DNA of 45,490 nt from Candidatus Heimdallarchaeota archaeon (GCA_019058275.1 JAHLVW010000078.1:1-45490), one strand, 5' to 3'; shown: positions 9,476 to 20,006, counted from the first letter of the stretch. Translations and numbers: made by a program. The notes: generated from the letters alone by a model not told the origin.

Positions 9476-11047
9476 TCACAGAAAAGTTGGTCCCGAGGGA
9501 ATTTCATCTATGTACTTTAAGACTTTTTCAGGCCAATTCTTAGGATCAGTTCCTTTTTGAGCAATGAAACCAGAAATGAATCGTTCAAAGCTTCCACCAC
9601 CACAACCAGACCATAGTTCTTTACCTGTTTGCGATTTGACAGTGAAACTCTTAGTGTATTTAGTTCCTAAAATAGATACGTTCTGTGTTTCCAACCAATA
9701 ACTTGTTTCTCGAGAACCTCGGTAGGGCATATAGATTTCCATATCTAAAGTGCCAATTTGATCAAAATTTTTTATCTCAATTTGCTGTGAATCTTCTTCT
9801 GTACTTCCTTCTTGTGCAGTCCACCAAGGAGTAACCCAAGCTTCACGATACTCTAAATCAAGAATATCGCCTATAATCTTGCGAAAACCTATCCTCAAGT
9901 CTTGTGCTACTTTCTTAATTTGATCAGGGAAACCTATGTAAAGAGTCTCAATTCTATGCAACTCATCTACTCTTTCAAAACCATGTGCTGCACCACTTTC
10001 ATACCTATAAGTTGGTCCAGACCAATCGTAAACGAAAATTGGGAAACTATCATCAGAGATAGTCTTACCTTGTATATAAGACCAGAATGGTGGGCATTGA
10101 GCAAAACTGAGTCCTCCTATTGGTGGGCGTAGTTTTTCCATTATTTTTTCAGGTTCAACATCAAGAGTTATCCTATAATAATCAGCAATATCCTCCCAAT
10201 AGGTTGGATCTGCAGTTTTTGGCGTACAAACAAAATATGGTTCAAATCCTCCTTGATAAATCCCTGAGAGATGACCACTCTTCTTCCAAACATCCCAAGG
10301 AACAACTTTAGGAAAGATCATATTTTTGAACCTTAAAGGCTTATACAAATTATCTTCGATTATTTTCTTTAAGGCTTCAGTAAAGGTAGTGATAGCTGGT
10401 CCCAAAATCCATTGATTTCGATAGTTTGTTCTTTGAATCCATCCTTCCTTAATCATTAAATCAGTTGGATTTTCCTTTGTAAAAGCTTTCTTCTGTACAC
10501 TACTCCAGATTACAAGATGGTGTTCATCTTTTCCTCTAATAACCTCTTCAACTATCTTATTTTTAACAAGCTTAACAATTCGATCAATAGCACCCTTCTC
10601 GATAAAATCTATGGGAATATCCTTTGCAAGAGTTACTTTTGCAATATTCTCATCAAACTTGATTGAAGAAACAAATGGTAATGTAAACTCTTTTTCAGGC
10701 TTTTTAGGAATATCAACATCAATTTTGTAAGATTTAATATCTACACTACTTATACCAACTCTAAATTCCTTGCCAAATTTACCACTGAAGAATTTCCTCA
10801 TTCGTAATAAAGCTTGATGGGGCGGTAAAGCTCTACCACTTGTTACATTTAAAACAAATTCATCTTCTTTCTTAGATACTGGAATGATCTTCCATTTCTT
10901 AACAACTGAAATTTCTTTAATGTCATTCTCTTGAATTCCCTTTTCTAACATCTGCTTAAGTTCAGCAAGCCATTCTTTAATCTTTTCAGGAGCATCAGCA
11001 GGTAATTTGCCTCGTAGTTTAAAACTAAATTTCAGATTATACTTCAT
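9476..11047 (-). CDS. serS: Serine--tRNA ligase, methanogen (type 2, Zn-dependent) type
   Basis: AQCPPFW, WSGPTYRYESG..HGFERVDELHRIE and WSGCGG carry the Cys/Glu/Cys zinc ligands of type-2 SerRS. The N-terminal domain is long and mixed alpha/beta. Confidence 0.93.
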   Translation of the reverse strand: MKYNLKFSFKLRGKLPADAPEKIKEWLAELKQMLEKGIQENDIKEISVVKKWKIIPVSKKEDEFVLNVTSGRALPPHQALLRMRKFFSGKFGKEFRVGISSVDIKSYKIDVDIPKKPEKEFTLPFVSSIKFDENIAKVTLAKDIPIDFIEKGAIDRIVKLVKNKIVEEVIRGKDEHHLVIWSSVQKKAFTKENPTDLMIKEGWIQRTNYRNQWILGPAITTFTEALKKIIEDNLYKPLRFKNMIFPKVVPWDVWKKSGHLSGIYQGGFEPYFVCTPKTADPTYWEDIADYYRITLDVEPEKIMEKLRPPIGGLSFAQCPPFWSYIQGKTISDDSFPIFVYDWSGPTYRYESGAAHGFERVDELHRIETLYIGFPDQIKKVAQDLRIGFRKIIGDILDLEYREAWVTPWWTAQEGSTEEDSQQIEIKNFDQIGTLDMEIYMPYRGSRETSYWLETQNVSILGTKYTKSFTVKSQTGKELWSGCGGGSFERFISGFIAQKGTDPKNWPEKVLKYIDEIPSGPTFL

Positions 11048-11113
11048 TCTTCTATCCTCAGCTTCCTAGAAAAAAATCACTAAAAATAAAGTTTTCTAGT
11101 ATTTCTAACCTAT

Positions 11114-12073
11114 TCAAGCAAATACTGTAATCAATGGATAAACGAAGTATAATACAGCCATGGTAAAGAGTATAATTCGATAATAAGCTCTTCTTCTTCG
11201 TTTAATATCAAAGTATAAAGCATTTTGACGCATTTCTGCTACCTTATCAAAGGAGAAGGAAACGAACTTATCATCAGAACTTTTTTCTGGAAAGAAAACA
11301 TTTGTAGATCGTTCTTCATTGATCTTTACATATTCAATTACTCCTTTTTCTCTTCTTTTTGGATCAAAGATTCCTTTTATTTTATCAGCAAAATCCTTGT
11401 AAATTGCCGGGAAGAAATAAACACTTCCAATTTTCAAACCTTCCCTAGCGATATTTAGTTTCTCGTATTTTTTTTCTCTAACAGCAAACTTGATTTTCTT
11501 TGAATTTAATGAAACCATCCAGATTTCAATGAATATATGCTCAGACTTTTTCTTGTCCTCAAAATGTTCAATAACCTCTGTATAAAACAAGCCATCCTCT
11601 TTAATTGGTACAAGCTCTTCATGGATGACCTCTTTATCCTTTCCATAAATCGTTAACTCGACTTCATTATCCATGCATTCTTCGATTACATAACCTGTAA
11701 CCATAACTCCTTTACCTATTACAGAAGAATCAGTAGGGCTAACCATCCTAATTGGAATATTTCTTTGCCCTCCCCAAACTCCAGTGATAGATGCTGCGAA
11801 AATAGCTCCACCACCGAGAACCATAAACATGAGAACTATCCATTCAGAGAAGTTTCGAAGCTCATCAGAAGAATTGGCATCAATGATTTTAGCAATACCA
11901 ATAGCCAAACTTGCTGATACAATAAGGACGCAAGCAAAGATCAAGATAAGTCTGCTCATTGTCATAGGTGCTTTAGTTTTCTTTTCCTCTTTGTGAAGCT
12001 CAAGTTGGAGTACATCTACTTTGCCTTCTTCTGCATCAGCGAAAACATCATCCTCTTCTAGGTTAGACATCAT
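11114..12073 (-). CDS. Hypothetical membrane protein
   Basis: Long ORF with two N-terminal TM segments and one C-terminal TM segment; no recognised motif. Confidence 0.75.
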   Translation of the reverse strand: MMSNLEEDDVFADAEEGKVDVLQLELHKEEKKTKAPMTMSRLILIFACVLIVSASLAIGIAKIIDANSSDELRNFSEWIVLMFMVLGGGAIFAASITGVWGGQRNIPIRMVSPTDSSVIGKGVMVTGYVIEECMDNEVELTIYGKDKEVIHEELVPIKEDGLFYTEVIEHFEDKKKSEHIFIEIWMVSLNSKKIKFAVREKKYEKLNIAREGLKIGSVYFFPAIYKDFADKIKGIFDPKRREKGVIEYVKINEERSTNVFFPEKSSDDKFVSFSFDKVAEMRQNALYFDIKRRRRAYYRIILFTMAVLYFVYPLITVFA

Positions 12074-12209
12074 TATTCACCGTAACTAAATGGGGTTTTT
12101 CCTTGTTTTAACCCTTTTTTAATTTTGGAAAAACACATGTAAAATATTAAACTCACATTATATTAACTATTAGAAATATTCGAATAAATAAAAAACTGAT
12201 GAAAAGAAA

Positions 12210-12527
12210 CTATTTTCCCATTTCCTTGTTAATTAACCTGTGAGCAATACGTGATAGCTCCATTGCCGTTTTGTAATCTTCAAGTCTAAGAAAAACAACT
12301 GCCAACTTGTTCCACACTCTCGCATTCTGGGGTTCGAATGATAGCAATTTAAGATAACAGCTTAATGCACGATGATAATTCCCTTCCTTATAATGATTGT
12401 CTGCTAATTCTTTGATTAGTGATTTACAGTTGCTTTTAGATTGGATTTTTGTTTCGAGTTCAACAATCTGGGAATTATAGCTATATTCCCGATAGATTTC
12501 TTCATTTTCATTCTTTATATTAAGCAT
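12210..12527 (-). CDS. Small TPR-repeat protein
   Basis: LADNHYKEGNYHRALSCYLKLLSFEPQNARVWNKLAVVFLRL fits the TPR consensus. Confidence 0.85.
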   Translation of the reverse strand: MLNIKNENEEIYREYSYNSQIVELETKIQSKSNCKSLIKELADNHYKEGNYHRALSCYLKLLSFEPQNARVWNKLAVVFLRLEDYKTAMELSRIAHRLINKEMGK

Positions 12528-12552
12528 TAATATTTACACCTCATATTAACAT

Positions 12553-13266
12553 TCAAACTTTAATTTCACAGTGTATGTGCGATAAGACCTTCTGGAAATT
12601 CGATGCACCATTGCTTCTTAGAAATGAAATTAATTCAGCCAATCTTAACCAACCTGCACCTTCTCTTTGTTCATTCAGACCATCGTTATCTATTATTCTT
12701 CTACCAATAAATTCAGATAATTGTTTAAAAGGACCCTCCTCCTTTTCATAGCAGGCAGAAATGACTACTTTCTTATTAGCCCATGCAATAGCATTATCCA
12801 AAAGCTTCTGATGGTTTGGAGTTACATGATGTAGAACATCGGATAGAATTACTGTATCAGCTTTAAATTCAGACAAATCGTTTAGTATATCTCTTTTGTA
12901 AAAAGCTCCTTTACCTTTCTTCTCTGCATAGACTAAAAAGTCTTCATTCAAATCAATGCCAATATAATTTATATTATTAGGAAGAAATTTCTGAAAAGTT
13001 CCTGTACCACAACCAAGATCTAAGACAGAATTGCCTTCAACACTCTTAGCCAATGTTTTAGGAATTAGCTGGTTTGGATCATTCATCCAAATAGCAAAGA
13101 TGTATAGTTTTGGATGTTGATACATAATGCCAAAATTTAACCTTTCTTTGATTGTTTTTCTTTTACGATTCTTGTATGATCTTGCACAGATTTTTCCACC
13201 AATATCTAGCTTTACACTTCTCATTTCTGAAAGGTTAACATTAATTTCCTTCATTTTAAATATCAT
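12553..13266 (-). CDS. Class I SAM-dependent methyltransferase
   Basis: Motifs VLDLGCGTG, YIGIDLN and DVLHHV. The real start may lie downstream of the ORF-track start. Confidence 0.85.
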   Translation of the reverse strand: MIFKMKEINVNLSEMRSVKLDIGGKICARSYKNRKRKTIKERLNFGIMYQHPKLYIFAIWMNDPNQLIPKTLAKSVEGNSVLDLGCGTGTFQKFLPNNINYIGIDLNEDFLVYAEKKGKGAFYKRDILNDLSEFKADTVILSDVLHHVTPNHQKLLDNAIAWANKKVVISACYEKEEGPFKQLSEFIGRRIIDNDGLNEQREGAGWLRLAELISFLRSNGASNFQKVLSHIHCEIKV

Positions 13267-13430
13267 ACCAATCTAAAGCATAATTCTCATTAGGATAGAC
13301 CTTAAATAGTTTCTAATTTCAAACTCATAGCTTTTCTTTAAATAGCTACAAATTATAGAAAACAAAAGAAATATCAAATACCAGTTGGTTTTGTATATTT
13401 AAAAGATAAATAATCAGAGTGTAGATTGCC

Positions 13431-14831
13431 ATGAACTCAGAAATTAGAATAACGGTTTCAGGAACAGGTTATGTGGGACTTATTACAGCTGGTATTTTTG
13501 CAGATAGAAGCTTCAAAGTAACAGCGTTAGATGTAGATCAACAGAAAGTTGATGCTGTTAATAAAGGGGAAACATTCTTTTTTGAACCAAATTTAGCTCC
13601 ACTAATTGATCGAGTTGTTTTAAAGAAAAAAAATCTCATAGCAAGTTTGAATATTGTTGAGTCGATTAAAGACAGTGATGTTACCTTCATTTGTGTAGGC
13701 ACTCCATCAAGAGAAGATGGAAGTTGTGATCTGAAATACATTGAACAAAGTGCAAGAGACATAGGTAAAGCAATCAGTCAAAAGGACAAGTATCACTTGG
13801 TTGTTGCTAAATCAACAATAGTTCCGGGAACAACAAGAGATCTAATTAAAGAAACAATAGAGAAAGAATCAGGTAAAAAAGTAGGAGAAGATTTTGGTTT
13901 ATGCATGAGTCCTGAATTCCTAAGAGAAGGACAAAGTGTTCATGACACAATATTCCCTGATAGAATTATTATTGGTCAATTTGATGAAAAATCTGGTGAA
14001 AAACTTGAATCTCTCTTTAGAAACTTATACTCAGATAAAGACGATGACTTCAGTAAAAATTGGGAAAAAATTTATGGCAAAAAAGTTTCATGTCCCGAAG
14101 TCTTAAGGGTTTCAATTGAAACTGCTGAATGTACAAAGTATGCAAATAACTCTTTTCTAGCAACAAAAATATCTTTCATAAATGAAATTGCCAATATTTG
14201 TGAGCGTGTAAAGGGCATTGATGTCAGTGATGTTGCAAAAGGCATAGGTCTCGATTTCAGAATAAATCCTAAATTTCTCAGAGCAGGAGCAGGTTTTGGT
14301 GGATCTTGTTTTCCAAAAGATGTTAAAGCTATTTCACATTTTGCCAGTTCTAAAGGTTACACTCTAAAAATACTAGCAAGTGTAATGGAAGTTAATACTC
14401 ATCAAGCAAAAAGAATGGTTGAACTCGCAGAAGAAAAACTAGGTGATTTGGATAGAAAGCGAATTAGCATTTTAGGCTTATCATTTAAACCAGAAACAGA
14501 TGATATGCGATATGCCCCGTCAATTAGGATAATTGACTTTTTGCTCTCAAAAGGAGCTTCTGTCATTGGTTGGGATCCACAAGCAATTAATGAAGCTAAG
14601 AAAGAACAATGGATAGGCGATAAAATTACCTATGCAGAAAGATTAGAAGATGCAATAAAAGATGCTGATGCTTGCATGATAGTAACTGAATGGGATGCAA
14701 TAAAAGCCCTCAAACCTGAAGATTTCAAATCAATGAAGAAACAAATACTTATTGATGGCCGAAGAATTTACAAACCAAAAGAATTCTTGAACGAAGGGAT
14801 AGATTATTCTGGAATTGGCCTTGGCTTATAA
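13431..14831 (+). CDS. ugd: UDP-glucose/GDP-mannose 6-dehydrogenase
   Basis: Motifs GTGYVG, FICVGTPS, KSTIVPGT, PEFLREG, KYANNSFLATKISFINE, GFGGSCFPKD and GLSFKPETDDMR. Confidence 0.95.
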   Translation: MNSEIRITVSGTGYVGLITAGIFADRSFKVTALDVDQQKVDAVNKGETFFFEPNLAPLIDRVVLKKKNLIASLNIVESIKDSDVTFICVGTPSREDGSCDLKYIEQSARDIGKAISQKDKYHLVVAKSTIVPGTTRDLIKETIEKESGKKVGEDFGLCMSPEFLREGQSVHDTIFPDRIIIGQFDEKSGEKLESLFRNLYSDKDDDFSKNWEKIYGKKVSCPEVLRVSIETAECTKYANNSFLATKISFINEIANICERVKGIDVSDVAKGIGLDFRINPKFLRAGAGFGGSCFPKDVKAISHFASSKGYTLKILASVMEVNTHQAKRMVELAEEKLGDLDRKRISILGLSFKPETDDMRYAPSIRIIDFLLSKGASVIGWDPQAINEAKKEQWIGDKITYAERLEDAIKDADACMIVTEWDAIKALKPEDFKSMKKQILIDGRRIYKPKEFLNEGIDYSGIGLGL

Positions 14832-14865
14832 ATTGACTAAAATTAACTAGTAGGATGGATTTGAT

Positions 14866-15807
14866 ATGAATATTTCTTTGACAAAAGAAGCATTACCTAT
14901 TGTAAATGAATTGATAGAAAATGCTGAAAAATTAAAAGTAAAAGTTGCTAAGGTTAATGAAGCAACTATAATAGATTGTGGAATAAAGACAGAAGGGAGT
15001 CTTGAAGCTGGTTTATTATTCACAAGAATAAGTTTAGGTGGTCTAGCAGATGTTCAGCTAAATTTTCCTGTAGCTGGGTCTTCATTTCCAGCAGTTCAAG
15101 TAGCTACCTCATTCCCAGTTTTAGCAACTTTGGGATGTCAAGCAGCCAGCTGGAATATAAATAAGGGTGACTTCTTTGGCATGACTTGTGGACCTGGAAG
15201 AGCATTAGCTCAAAAACCTTCCAAAATTTACAAACTAATAGAATACAAAGATGAAAGTGACACTGCGATTTTGTGCATTGAATCAGACAAACTTCCAACA
15301 GATGAGATTGTTGAGTATATTGCTAAAAAATGTCAAGTCGAAAAGAAGTATCTAATAATTCTTATGATTCAAACTGCTTGCTTAGTAGAATATGTTCAGA
15401 TGGCTGGAAGAGCAATCGAGTTAGGTATCTTTAAACTAGTAGAACAGATGGGTTATTCCAAAGAGCGAATCTTACATGCAATTGGTACAGGTTTTGTTCC
15501 ACCAATTTCTGCTGATACAGATGTTTCTAATGATCGTGTAAATAATGCTCTTATTTATGGTACAAAACTTTTCTTGATAGTTAAATCTGAACCTGCTGAT
15601 AATTTACAAAAGTTAATTACTAAACTACCTTCAAAATCATCTCCGAATTATGGTAAAAAGTTCTTGGTAATGTTTAATGAAGCAGGAAAGGATTTTGCTA
15701 ATTTTGATTTAACTATTTTAGCTCCATCTGAAGTTATCATTAATGATATTAGAACCGGTAAAGTTTACCATGAAGGAGAGCTAAATCTGAAATTATTGAA
15801 CGATTAG
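14866..15807 (+). CDS. mch: Methenyltetrahydromethanopterin cyclohydrolase
   Basis: Motifs IIDCG...GSLEAG, ISLGGLA, LGCQAASW, GPGRALA, NDRVNNALIYG and LAPSEVIIND. Confidence 0.9.
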   Translation: MNISLTKEALPIVNELIENAEKLKVKVAKVNEATIIDCGIKTEGSLEAGLLFTRISLGGLADVQLNFPVAGSSFPAVQVATSFPVLATLGCQAASWNINKGDFFGMTCGPGRALAQKPSKIYKLIEYKDESDTAILCIESDKLPTDEIVEYIAKKCQVEKKYLIILMIQTACLVEYVQMAGRAIELGIFKLVEQMGYSKERILHAIGTGFVPPISADTDVSNDRVNNALIYGTKLFLIVKSEPADNLQKLITKLPSKSSPNYGKKFLVMFNEAGKDFANFDLTILAPSEVIINDIRTGKVYHEGELNLKLLND

Positions 15808-15808
15808 G

Positions 15809-15830
15809 TTCCACTATAAACTCAGTGGAA
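15809..15830. terminator. Short hairpin between convergent genes
   Basis: TTCCACT-N8-AGTGGAA immediately after the mch stop, followed by a T-rich tract. Confidence 0.4.
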
Positions 15831-15894
15831 GTTTTCTTATTTTTATATCTAGAAATGAAAAAGGAAAGTAATTGATACTATTTTGTTAAACAAT

Positions 15895-16416
15895 TTATGT
15901 TTCTTCATCTATCTCTTCTTCAACTACTTCATCACTAACAATATGCTTAGGATGAGTTTCTGTAACTTTGTCAACGGTTTCTATACCATGTGCTAAAGAG
16001 TAAGATGACATATCGAATTGTTTCAATCCTTCGTTTGTAAGAATTAGCAATGACTTGATTCTCTTTAGTGCTCCTCGATCGTTTCTTGCTTCAATCTCAT
16101 TTTCTCTGCCAATAGATATGACTTCTGACCAACTAATTCTTTTCCAAATGAAACGGTCTCTATAACAAATTTCCTCAGAGTTCACATAGAGTTTTACTGT
16201 AGCAATAACAAGAATTCTCCATAGTGAAAAGAAGATAAAAAGAGCTCCAATAAAGAGAGTTACAAATTTAACAATATCACTTAGAAATTCTACAACAAGT
16301 GCACCCACGACTGCTATAACTCCGAGAGTAAAGCCAATTAATGCTAATATTGATTTAAGAATTCGTTCTTTGAGATGTGGTGAGAGTTCTAAAATCCTGG
16401 GTTTATTATTTGCCAT
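15895..16416 (-). CDS. Two-TM membrane protein with a PH-like cytoplasmic domain
   Basis: Two hydrophobic helices, then a beta-rich segment (KLYVNSEEICY...KRISWSEV). Confidence 0.65.
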   Translation of the reverse strand: MANNKPRILELSPHLKERILKSILALIGFTLGVIAVVGALVVEFLSDIVKFVTLFIGALFIFFSLWRILVIATVKLYVNSEEICYRDRFIWKRISWSEVISIGRENEIEARNDRGALKRIKSLLILTNEGLKQFDMSSYSLAHGIETVDKVTETHPKHIVSDEVVEEEIDEET

Positions 16417-16608
16417 TCTATTTTCTCCTGTTAAGGTCTGAATCCTATCTTTAGTAAATAAATTTTAGCTTCCACTGGTAAAAATCTTTCGGAAACAATC
16501 GTAAATGTAGAGAAAATTTATTTCGATGTAATCATCACTTAACTAGTATTAATAAAATAACAGCTTTCATAATGCTGTTCATAAAATCATTCCGAGTTGA
16601 AAAACATC

Positions 16609-17841
16609 ATGCCATCTGTTGTCTTTTACTTTCAAGTACATCAACCATATCGTTTAAATGAGAATTTTCGAAGAGATCGGTTCTTCCAAGATTCATCAAT
16701 AGAAAATCTCGAGAATCTGTATTTTACTGAGGAATTGAATCGAGATGTTTTACAAAGGGTGGCAAAAAAATGTTATTTGCCTGCGAATAAAAGATGGTTA
16801 GATACAATTGATAAATATAAAAAAGAAAAAAGAAAAGTGAAAATTGCTTTTAGTGTAACTGGAACTGTTTTAGAACAAGCTGAAAGATACCAACCAGATG
16901 TTGTTGATAGCTTTAAACAACTAGCTGAAACAAACTGTGTAGAATTTATTGCTGAAACATACTACCACTCATTGTCTTCCATTTATAGCGTTGATCGTTC
17001 AGAATTTAAAGAACAAGTAAAGATGCATACGCAACTGATGAAAGACCTTCTAGGAATGAAACCCGTTACTTTCAGGAATACTGAATTAATTCTGAATGAT
17101 TCAATAATGAAAACAGTAGCAAATATGGGTTTTAAAACAATAATGGGTGAAGGCATTGAAAAGGTATTGCCAAAGAAGAAAACTTCAAACTATGTTTTCA
17201 AGAGTAAAGCAGTCCCAGAACTAAAAATTCTCTTAAGAAATTACAAATTGAGTGATGATATTGCTTTTAGGTTTGGTTCTGGCAGATGGGAGGAGTATCC
17301 GTTATATGCTGATAAATACGCTTCTTGGATTGCTGCAACTCCAGGCGATTGCATTAACATTTTTATGGACTATGAGTCCCTTGGTGAGCATTTGTGGGCA
17401 GAAAGTGGTATATTCAAATTTTTAGAACATTTACCTGCTGAGTTGTTCAAATATAAAAATGTAGATTTCAAAACACCCTCTGAAGCTACAAAAGCGTTTA
17501 CAGCTGATGATTCCATAAGCATAGATGATTTTTCAACTATTAGCTGGGCTGATGATCGTGATGTCGGAGCTTGGTTAAGAAATCCACTTCAAAGCATTTC
17601 TTTTGATGATCAGAAATTTCTAGAAAAACCAATTAAGGATCTAAAAAATCCAACTCTACTGAAAATATGGAGAATGTTAACTACTTCAGATCATCTCTAC
17701 TATATTTCACAAGCAGATGCAGGTCCAGGAGAAGTGCATTCATACTTTTCACATTATGATACTCCCATTGAAGCATTTGCCAATTATAATGAAATAATTA
17801 GCGACTTGACAGCTCGAACACTTATGCTTCTTAATAAATAA
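16609..17841 (+). CDS. Glycoside hydrolase family 57 alpha-amylase
   Basis: Motifs YFQVHQPYRL, ETYYHSL, FRNTEL, LSDDIAFRF, FMDYESLGEH and LTTSDHLYY. Confidence 0.95.
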   Translation: MPSVVFYFQVHQPYRLNENFRRDRFFQDSSIENLENLYFTEELNRDVLQRVAKKCYLPANKRWLDTIDKYKKEKRKVKIAFSVTGTVLEQAERYQPDVVDSFKQLAETNCVEFIAETYYHSLSSIYSVDRSEFKEQVKMHTQLMKDLLGMKPVTFRNTELILNDSIMKTVANMGFKTIMGEGIEKVLPKKKTSNYVFKSKAVPELKILLRNYKLSDDIAFRFGSGRWEEYPLYADKYASWIAATPGDCINIFMDYESLGEHLWAESGIFKFLEHLPAELFKYKNVDFKTPSEATKAFTADDSISIDDFSTISWADDRDVGAWLRNPLQSISFDDQKFLEKPIKDLKNPTLLKIWRMLTTSDHLYYISQADAGPGEVHSYFSHYDTPIEAFANYNEIISDLTARTLMLLNK

Positions 17842-17889
17842 TGATTCGGAAGCTTTTCTTCCTATATTTATTACATAATAAGATTTATT

Positions 17890-17909
17890 AAGTTCGGCAT
17901 TCCTAACTT
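17890..17909. promoter_or_regulatory. Putative DtxR/MntR-family metal-repressor operator upstream of feoA
   Basis: AAGTTCGG-CATT-CCTAACTT is an 8-4-8 palindrome with one mismatch. It abuts the TATA-like TTTATTAA at 17884-17891 and resembles TTAGG-N-CCTAA boxes. Confidence 0.6.
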
Positions 17910-17953
17910 CTACAAACACTTTTCAAAAAAATAAAGTATTTGAGGTAAAGAAA

Positions 17954-18241
17954 ATGGTCGAAACAGAAATTGATGATGCTATTCGCGTTCTCGATAGCGA
18001 AATAGCAAACAGGCCATCTAAACCATTACTAACGCTTCAAATAGGTAGAAAAGGAATTGTTGGGAAGATAGTAGGTGGACGTACAGCCTGTAAACGATTG
18101 AATGAACTTGGACTTATACCTGGTGTAGAAGTTGAAATGATAAATAAGATAGTTAGTGGACCTGTTATGATTAAAGTTAAAGGGTCAAAATTAGCTTTAG
18201 GAAGAGGTTTAGCAAGCAAAGTTTATATCATAATTAAATAG
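17954..18241 (+). CDS. feoA: FeoA ferrous iron transport protein A
   Basis: RLNELGLIPGVEV...GPVMIKVKGSKLALGRGLASKV. Confidence 0.92.
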   Translation: MVETEIDDAIRVLDSEIANRPSKPLLTLQIGRKGIVGKIVGGRTACKRLNELGLIPGVEVEMINKIVSGPVMIKVKGSKLALGRGLASKVYIIIK

Positions 18242-18269
18242 GATAATAGATTTTAGTTTGTTTTATATG

Positions 18270-18974
18270 TTAGACATATTTGAATGTACCAGGTATTGGT
18301 TCGAAAATATCACCATCATTTTGTAAAGCTCTTAATTCAGGCTCAAGCTCTTTTGTAGTTAAACCTAAAGCACGCTTAATATCATCAAAAGAACATCCCT
18401 CTTCAAGGTTTTCAGGTTTTCTTAATAGATCAAGAATCTGATCTTTTATTTCATCACTTTCCACAAGTTTTACTTGATCCTTTATTGCGCTTTCGATACC
18501 AGCTGTCGCTTCTGAACCTAATCCTTTACGATTATAGTATTTAGATATTTCAAGTTCTCTTAGTACCTTTACTGCTTGATCAGTCACTGGAATACATAAT
18601 TCACAATCAAGGTACACTTCACTATCTGCAGACTCTCGGATCAATCCAACAATATCTACAAGCATACCTTCCTTAAGATCTTTCATATCTAAGAAGACTT
18701 GCCCTGACCACTGAGAACCTCCACCTTTGACTTTGATAGTTCCAGTTGTATCTCCAACATCGAATATTACAATTTCATCACTATCAATGACCTTTTTGCT
18801 AGTAATTTCTCCTAGAATTCTTGCTCTTCGTAGATGGTCATCTGTTTTTACATGAAGAGTTTTTGAACCATCTTGATTAGTGACAAATTCACCTGCTAAT
18901 AAATCACCAATTTTAATTTTAATTGCTGCTGCTCGACGCCTGCTAGTATATGACATTCGTAAATCCTCACACAA
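18270..18974 (-). CDS. RPA32/RPA2-like ssDNA-binding subunit (OB fold plus C-terminal winged helix)
   Basis: OB-fold motifs (RARILG, DTTGTIKV, VDIVGLIR) and a C-terminal winged helix (LQNDGDIFEPIPGTFK). The start may be ATG 18956. Confidence 0.8.
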   Translation of the reverse strand: MCEDLRMSYTSRRRAAAIKIKIGDLLAGEFVTNQDGSKTLHVKTDDHLRRARILGEITSKKVIDSDEIVIFDVGDTTGTIKVKGGGSQWSGQVFLDMKDLKEGMLVDIVGLIRESADSEVYLDCELCIPVTDQAVKVLRELEISKYYNRKGLGSEATAGIESAIKDQVKLVESDEIKDQILDLLRKPENLEEGCSFDDIKRALGLTTKELEPELRALQNDGDIFEPIPGTFKYV

Positions 18975-19105
18975 ATATTTAGAATATTTTTAATACAAAT
19001 TAACTCCTAATTAGTTCTTACCAATATGAAATTCTTACTTCATCTCTTAAGGTTACCTCTAAAAATTTAAACTGAGGAAAAAAATTCCTCAATTAAATTT
19101 AATTA

Positions 19106-19894
19106 TTACTTGGTATTTGGTTTGAATGATTCCACAGTTTTTAGTTTTTGGCAAAACTTGAAGGCCTTCTTAACAATATTTTCGTTTCCAATAAGCAACA
19201 AAATTACTGAGCCTTCTGCTCCACCAACTCCACCACTTGCAACATGAATAACTTCATCTAACTCAAATAAAGTCTCGAGAGCTTCAATCTCGGTAAAGAC
19301 ATCACCAAAGAGTGGGAATAATCCTGTTTTATACCCATCAGATATATCAATTTCCTCAATACCCATGTCTAATGAGCTATAAAGTATTGAATGAGCAACT
19401 AATTTCTCTAGACCAATTGGTACTAACAATCGCAATCCTTTGGCAACTAAAGACCCCCAGAATGCTCCTGTAGTTCCCCCTTTAGGATGAGCGAGTAAAA
19501 CACCAGCTACACCATCAGGATCCAAAGCATTTGCACCTTTAATGATTATATCTCCTTTTTTCATTTCTTCAACTGCTTCATGAACTGGCACTTCACCAGA
19601 CTTACCATCGGTAAAAAGAATCTCAGGTAATCTTTTATTACTAGGATTTGCTGTAAGTCTTTCACCTTCAGGTAAAATTTGTCCAGCAACATATTTGCTT
19701 TTATCAAAATCTGCAATAGCCAACATTTCTTCTAAAACATATGAATTTGTTGTTCCTCGAGAAACAAAGATTTTCCCTTTCTTCATTTTTTCTCTAACCC
19801 AATCAAGGGCAGTAATTCCAACAGCAATGAGTTTTTTTGACTCATGAGGTAAAAGTGTTATAAGACCTTTATAAACTGACATCTCATTATCCAT
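19106..19894 (-). CDS. Conserved hypothetical protein (Gly-rich alpha/beta enzyme-like)
   Basis: Motifs SRGTTNSY, IIKGANALD, GGTTG, PIGLEK and GGVGGAEG; function not recognised. Confidence 0.75.
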   Translation of the reverse strand: MDNEMSVYKGLITLLPHESKKLIAVGITALDWVREKMKKGKIFVSRGTTNSYVLEEMLAIADFDKSKYVAGQILPEGERLTANPSNKRLPEILFTDGKSGEVPVHEAVEEMKKGDIIIKGANALDPDGVAGVLLAHPKGGTTGAFWGSLVAKGLRLLVPIGLEKLVAHSILYSSLDMGIEEIDISDGYKTGLFPLFGDVFTEIEALETLFELDEVIHVASGGVGGAEGSVILLLIGNENIVKKAFKFCQKLKTVESFKPNTK

Positions 19895-20006
19895 CCAATT
19901 ATTTTATGATATTCTTACTAAATTTTATTAGATAATATTAAGCAATTTTAAATGGTTTTAATTATTTCTCTTATAATTATAAGAAAAAACTAGAAGTGAT
20001 GTAAAA

